From Patescibacteria group bacterium (GTDB lineage Bacteria; Patescibacteriota; Minisyncoccia; Minisyncoccales; GWA2-38-27): a stretch of DNA of 64,000 bases. This document shows, piece by piece, positions 60,995 to 64,000 of this stretch. A program made the position numbers and the translations under genes. The first letter of the stretch is position 1. Every line of letters begins with the position of its first letter. The notes under the pieces are model-generated. The model searched no databases. It was not told the DNA's origin and was given only the letters and a program-made list of their open reading frames with translations. The stretch is from NCBI GenBank assembly GCA_020148045.1, contig JAHCRG010000006.1:137909-201908 (forward strand). The letters run 5' to 3'.

Positions 60995-61984
60995 ATGTTT
61001 GATATTATAACTTTTGGGTCTGCTACTTGGGATGTTTTTTTGAGACCAAAACCAACCCAGGGCTGGCAGGTAGTAAAAAACAAAAAATTTATCACCGGTA
61101 AAGGGATTTGCTTTAATTTGGGTTCCAAGGTTGATGTTAAAGATATTTGTCTTTCCTCTGGTGGAGGTGGAACTAATACAGCTGCTACTTTTGCCAAGCA
61201 AGGTTTTAAGGTAGCTTATTGTGGCAGAGTGGGGGATGATTTGAGTGGTCAAGAGATAATTAAAGAATTAAAGAAATTTGGGATTGACTGTCAGTTCATT
61301 TTTAAAACAAAACTGAAACCGACTAATTGTTCCATTGTTTTAAATAGCGGTTTAAAAATAGACCGAACTATCTTGGTTTATCGAGGGGCATCAGAACTCT
61401 TGGGAAAAAAAGATATTCCCTGGAGCAAATTGAGAGCAAAATGGTTTTATTTAGCTCCTCTTTCAGGAAAACTCTGTAATATCACCGAAGATATAGTTAA
61501 TTTCGCTTACAGAAATAAAATAAAAATTGTTTTTAATCCGGGTAACTCTCAACTTTCATTGTCTCCAGAAACCCTGAAAAGAATTGTTAAAAAAGTCAAT
61601 ATTTTAGTTTTAAATCAAGAAGAGGCTTCTTTGTTAACTAAAATTCCTTATCAGAAAGAAAAGAAAATTTTTAAAAAAATTGATGAAATATGTCCTGGTA
61701 TTGCTATAATGACAAAAGGTCCCGGGGGAGTGGTAGTTTCTGATGGAAAAAAGCTTTATCGAGCCAAACCTGCAAAAACAAAAGTAACTGACCGGACCGG
61801 AGCTGGGGATTCTTTTACTTCTGGATTTGTTTCTGGTTTTATAAAAAAGGGTAAGATAGAATATGCTATTCAAATAGGCACGGCTAATGCTTATTCCTGT
61901 CTTCAAAAATGGGGAGCTAAAGATGGATTATTAAAAAACAAGGAAAAGTTTAAAAAAGTGAAAGTTATAAAGAAGAAATTATGA
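60995..61984 (+). CDS. PfkB-family carbohydrate kinase
   Basis: GGGGTNTA and TGAGDSFTSGF motifs. Confidence 0.85.
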   Translation: MFDIITFGSATWDVFLRPKPTQGWQVVKNKKFITGKGICFNLGSKVDVKDICLSSGGGGTNTAATFAKQGFKVAYCGRVGDDLSGQEIIKELKKFGIDCQFIFKTKLKPTNCSIVLNSGLKIDRTILVYRGASELLGKKDIPWSKLRAKWFYLAPLSGKLCNITEDIVNFAYRNKIKIVFNPGNSQLSLSPETLKRIVKKVNILVLNQEEASLLTKIPYQKEKKIFKKIDEICPGIAIMTKGPGGVVVSDGKKLYRAKPAKTKVTDRTGAGDSFTSGFVSGFIKKGKIEYAIQIGTANAYSCLQKWGAKDGLLKNKEKFKKVKVIKKKL

Positions 61985-62784
61985 CATTAAAAGATTGTCT
62001 TAAAAAAGCACAGAGACAAAAGTTCGCTATTGGCCAGTTTAATTTCTCAACTATTGAGCAGTTGAAAGGGATTTTGGCTGCTGCTCAGAAAACAAGGGTT
62101 CCAGTGATTTTGGGGACCTCTGAAGGGGAAAGTAAATTTTTGGGTCTGAGAGAAATTATTGCTTTGGTTGAAATCTCTAAAATGAAATACAAGGTTTCTG
62201 CTTTTTTAAATCTTGACCACGGAAAGGATTTAAATTGGCTCAAAAAAGCTATTGATTTTGGATATTCAGCAGTTCATTTTGATGGTTCAGGATTAGCCTT
62301 TAAAGAAAATGTAAAACGTGCTAAAAAGATAGTAGATTACGCTCACAAAAGAGGGGTTTTAGTTGAAGGAGAAATAGAAGCTATAAAGGAGAAAAACCTG
62401 ACTTCTTCAGTTCAAGCAGAGAAATTTGTTAAAGAGACAAAAGTAGATAGCTTGGCAGTAGCTATAGGGAACATTCACGGATTATATACTGGAATGCCAA
62501 AATTGAATCTTGGAAGGTTAAAAGAAATTAACAAAAAAACAAATGCTTATCTGGTTTTACATGGAGGGTCAGGTATTCCAGATGTTCAGATTAAAAAAAC
62601 AATCAAGCTCGGGATTGCTAAGATCAATATTAATACTGAATTAAGGCTAACTTGGAAAAGAGCTTTAACAAGAAGTTTGAAGGCCCAGGAGATTAAACCC
62701 TATAAAATTTTGCCCAAAGTTCAAAAAGCTATCCAAAAAAAGGTCGAAGAGAAAATAGGAATCTACCTCGCTAACGCTCGGTAG
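61981..62784 (+). CDS. fba: Class II fructose/tagatose-bisphosphate aldolase
   Basis: FNFSTIEQ, LNLDHG, AIGNIHG, LVLHGGSG. Confidence 0.88.
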   Translation: MTLKDCLKKAQRQKFAIGQFNFSTIEQLKGILAAAQKTRVPVILGTSEGESKFLGLREIIALVEISKMKYKVSAFLNLDHGKDLNWLKKAIDFGYSAVHFDGSGLAFKENVKRAKKIVDYAHKRGVLVEGEIEAIKEKNLTSSVQAEKFVKETKVDSLAVAIGNIHGLYTGMPKLNLGRLKEINKKTNAYLVLHGGSGIPDVQIKKTIKLGIAKININTELRLTWKRALTRSLKAQEIKPYKILPKVQKAIQKKVEEKIGIYLANAR

Positions 62785-62838
62785 AACCTTGATTCGCTAA
62801 GGTATTAAAATATAATCTTAAATTAAAACTATTTGAAA

Positions 62839-63276
62839 ATGAATAAAAAAGATTTTTTAATAATAGGAGCAGGAATAGTTATTTTGGTTGCAATAATTTT
62901 AGTTGCTGTTTTAACAAAGGTTCCTGGAGAGGTGAATGTTATTACTGAAAAAACAGAATATAAAATTGGGGATGTTATAAAGGTAAAAATTGAAAACAAT
63001 TTAAAGAAAAACGTTTGTTTTTCTTCTTGTTATCCTTATTATCTTGAGAAGAAAGAAGAGGAATGGAAAAGTTATGATTATATGGGTTGTCCAAACAGTG
63101 ATTTAGTTAAAGATTGTATTGATTCAAGGCAAGTCAAAGCATTTGAACTTATTGTCCCTCCTATTGAGGAAGGACTTCACCGGCTTGCTATATCAGTTTG
63201 TATTGGATGTAATCTTGACGAAGTGTTTAGAGAAGACCAAAAGTTTTATTCTAATGAGTTTATAATCAACGAATAA
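62839..63276 (+). CDS. Membrane-anchored hypothetical protein (about 145 aa)
   Basis: ATG at 62839 (the track start at 62833 is TTG). N-terminal TM and a Cys-containing beta-rich body. Confidence 0.55.
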   Translation: MNKKDFLIIGAGIVILVAIILVAVLTKVPGEVNVITEKTEYKIGDVIKVKIENNLKKNVCFSSCYPYYLEKKEEEWKSYDYMGCPNSDLVKDCIDSRQVKAFELIVPPIEEGLHRLAISVCIGCNLDEVFREDQKFYSNEFIINE

Positions 63277-63444
63277 CGAATCTAATACGAATATAAGAAC
63301 CTGGCTTCGCCAGAACCTTGATTCGCTATTGTATAAACACATAGTCTTGAATTAAGAATTCGTAAAGCAACCCTACGGGGAGTCTCATTTGTTTTGAAGA
63401 AAAAATAAGACAGCGAAACTAATTCGCTATTCGTTGATGATTTT

Positions 63445-63663
63445 ATGAAGATTATCCATGAGCGAGAAAAATGCATTGGTTGTGGGTCTTGTGCAGCAAT
63501 ATGCCCAAAGTATTGGGAAATGGCCGAAGATGGAAAAGCTAAACTTTTGGAAGCCGAGGCAACCCCCCAAAAAGGAAATTATGAGTTAGAGATAAAAGAA
63601 ATTGAATGTAACCAAGAGGCAGCTGATGCCTGCCCGGTGGAGTGCATCCACATTATAAAATAA
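63445..63663 (+). CDS. Small 4Fe-4S ferredoxin
   Basis: CIGCGSCAAICP plus the distal CP. 72 aa. Confidence 0.85.
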   Translation: MKIIHEREKCIGCGSCAAICPKYWEMAEDGKAKLLEAEATPQKGNYELEIKEIECNQEAADACPVECIHIIK

Positions 63664-63666
63664 TCG

Positions 63667-64000
63667 ATGTTAACCCTTAAAGCCAAAATTAGAGAGGAGC
63701 GGGGTAAAAAGGTAAAGAAATTAAGGAAGAGGGGTATTCTGCCTGCTGTTTTATATGGACCAAAGATAAAAAATTTATCTTTGGAAGTAGACTTAAAAAA
63801 GTTTGGAAATATTTATAAAGAAACTGGAGAAAGTTCTTTGATTTCGCTTGAAGTAGGAGATGAGAAATTTCCAGTTCTAATTCATGAAGTAAAAAAGAAC
63901 CCATTAACTGGCAAGCCAATCCATATTGATTTTTATCAGCCAATTCTTACCGAAGAAGTTGAGGCAACAGTTCCAATAGTTTTTGAAGGAGAAGCTCCGG
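63667..64000 (+). CDS. rplY: 50S ribosomal protein L25/Ctc (3' end outside the window)
   Basis: Not in the ORF track because it runs off the end. Hand translation gives MLTLKAKIREERGKKVKKLRKRGILPAVLYGPKIKNLSLEVD...PIHIDFYQ. Confidence 0.85.
   Translation, partial: MLTLKAKIREERGKKVKKLRKRGILPAVLYGPKIKNLSLEVDLKKFGNIYKETGESSLISLEVGDEKFPVLIHEVKKNPLTGKPIHIDFYQPILTEEVEATVPIVFEGEAP

Noticed and set aside
63689-63943. 84-aa minus-strand ORF at the right edge of the window.
   Set aside because: It is antisense to an unmistakable L25/Ctc reading frame that is missing from the track only because it runs off the window.

Overview
This is a low-GC window (about 30-35% by eye) with dense, short-spaced genes. 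The gene content looks like a reduced-genome, Patescibacteria/CPR-like bacterium, but that attribution is inference, not proof. Housekeeping genes include a truncated dcw cluster (mraZ-rsmH-ftsL-PBP plus a Mur-ligase-like gene), dnaB, recR, dnaX, cysS, rplU, rmuC, ftsZ, galU and trxB. There is also a lower-glycolysis and C2/C3 block (eno, archaeal-type iPGM, gap, acs, ppsA, a PfkB kinase and class II FBA). Three tRNAs are present: Val-CAC, Glu-CUC and Gln-UUG. The main finding is at the left end (about 1-6720). This segment is visibly GC-richer, about 45-52% in sampled lines. It encodes a complete collinear curli-type amyloid secretion locus: csgE-like, csgF, csgG, two tandemly duplicated and very long curlin-repeat proteins, and a beta-barrel outer-membrane-type protein. 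The locus is organised as three units that share a reiterated terminator/promoter/leader cassette. This outer-membrane machinery conflicts with the monoderm-style surface loci elsewhere in the window: a WxL-like/DUF916-LysM cluster with glycosyltransferases, and a dockerin protein followed by two membrane-anchored cohesin proteins. Other observations are two stand-alone structured RNA candidates that each have their own promoter and terminator, and a duplicated promoter/terminator module around two small membrane proteins with a perfect 21-bp palindrome. There is also a cassette-like islet next to tRNA-Gln, recurrent leaderless-mRNA promoter geometry, a membrane-anchored Clp ATPase with a degenerate first AAA module, and an FtsZ with polybasic tails. 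I found no rRNA, CRISPR array, transposase or integrase.
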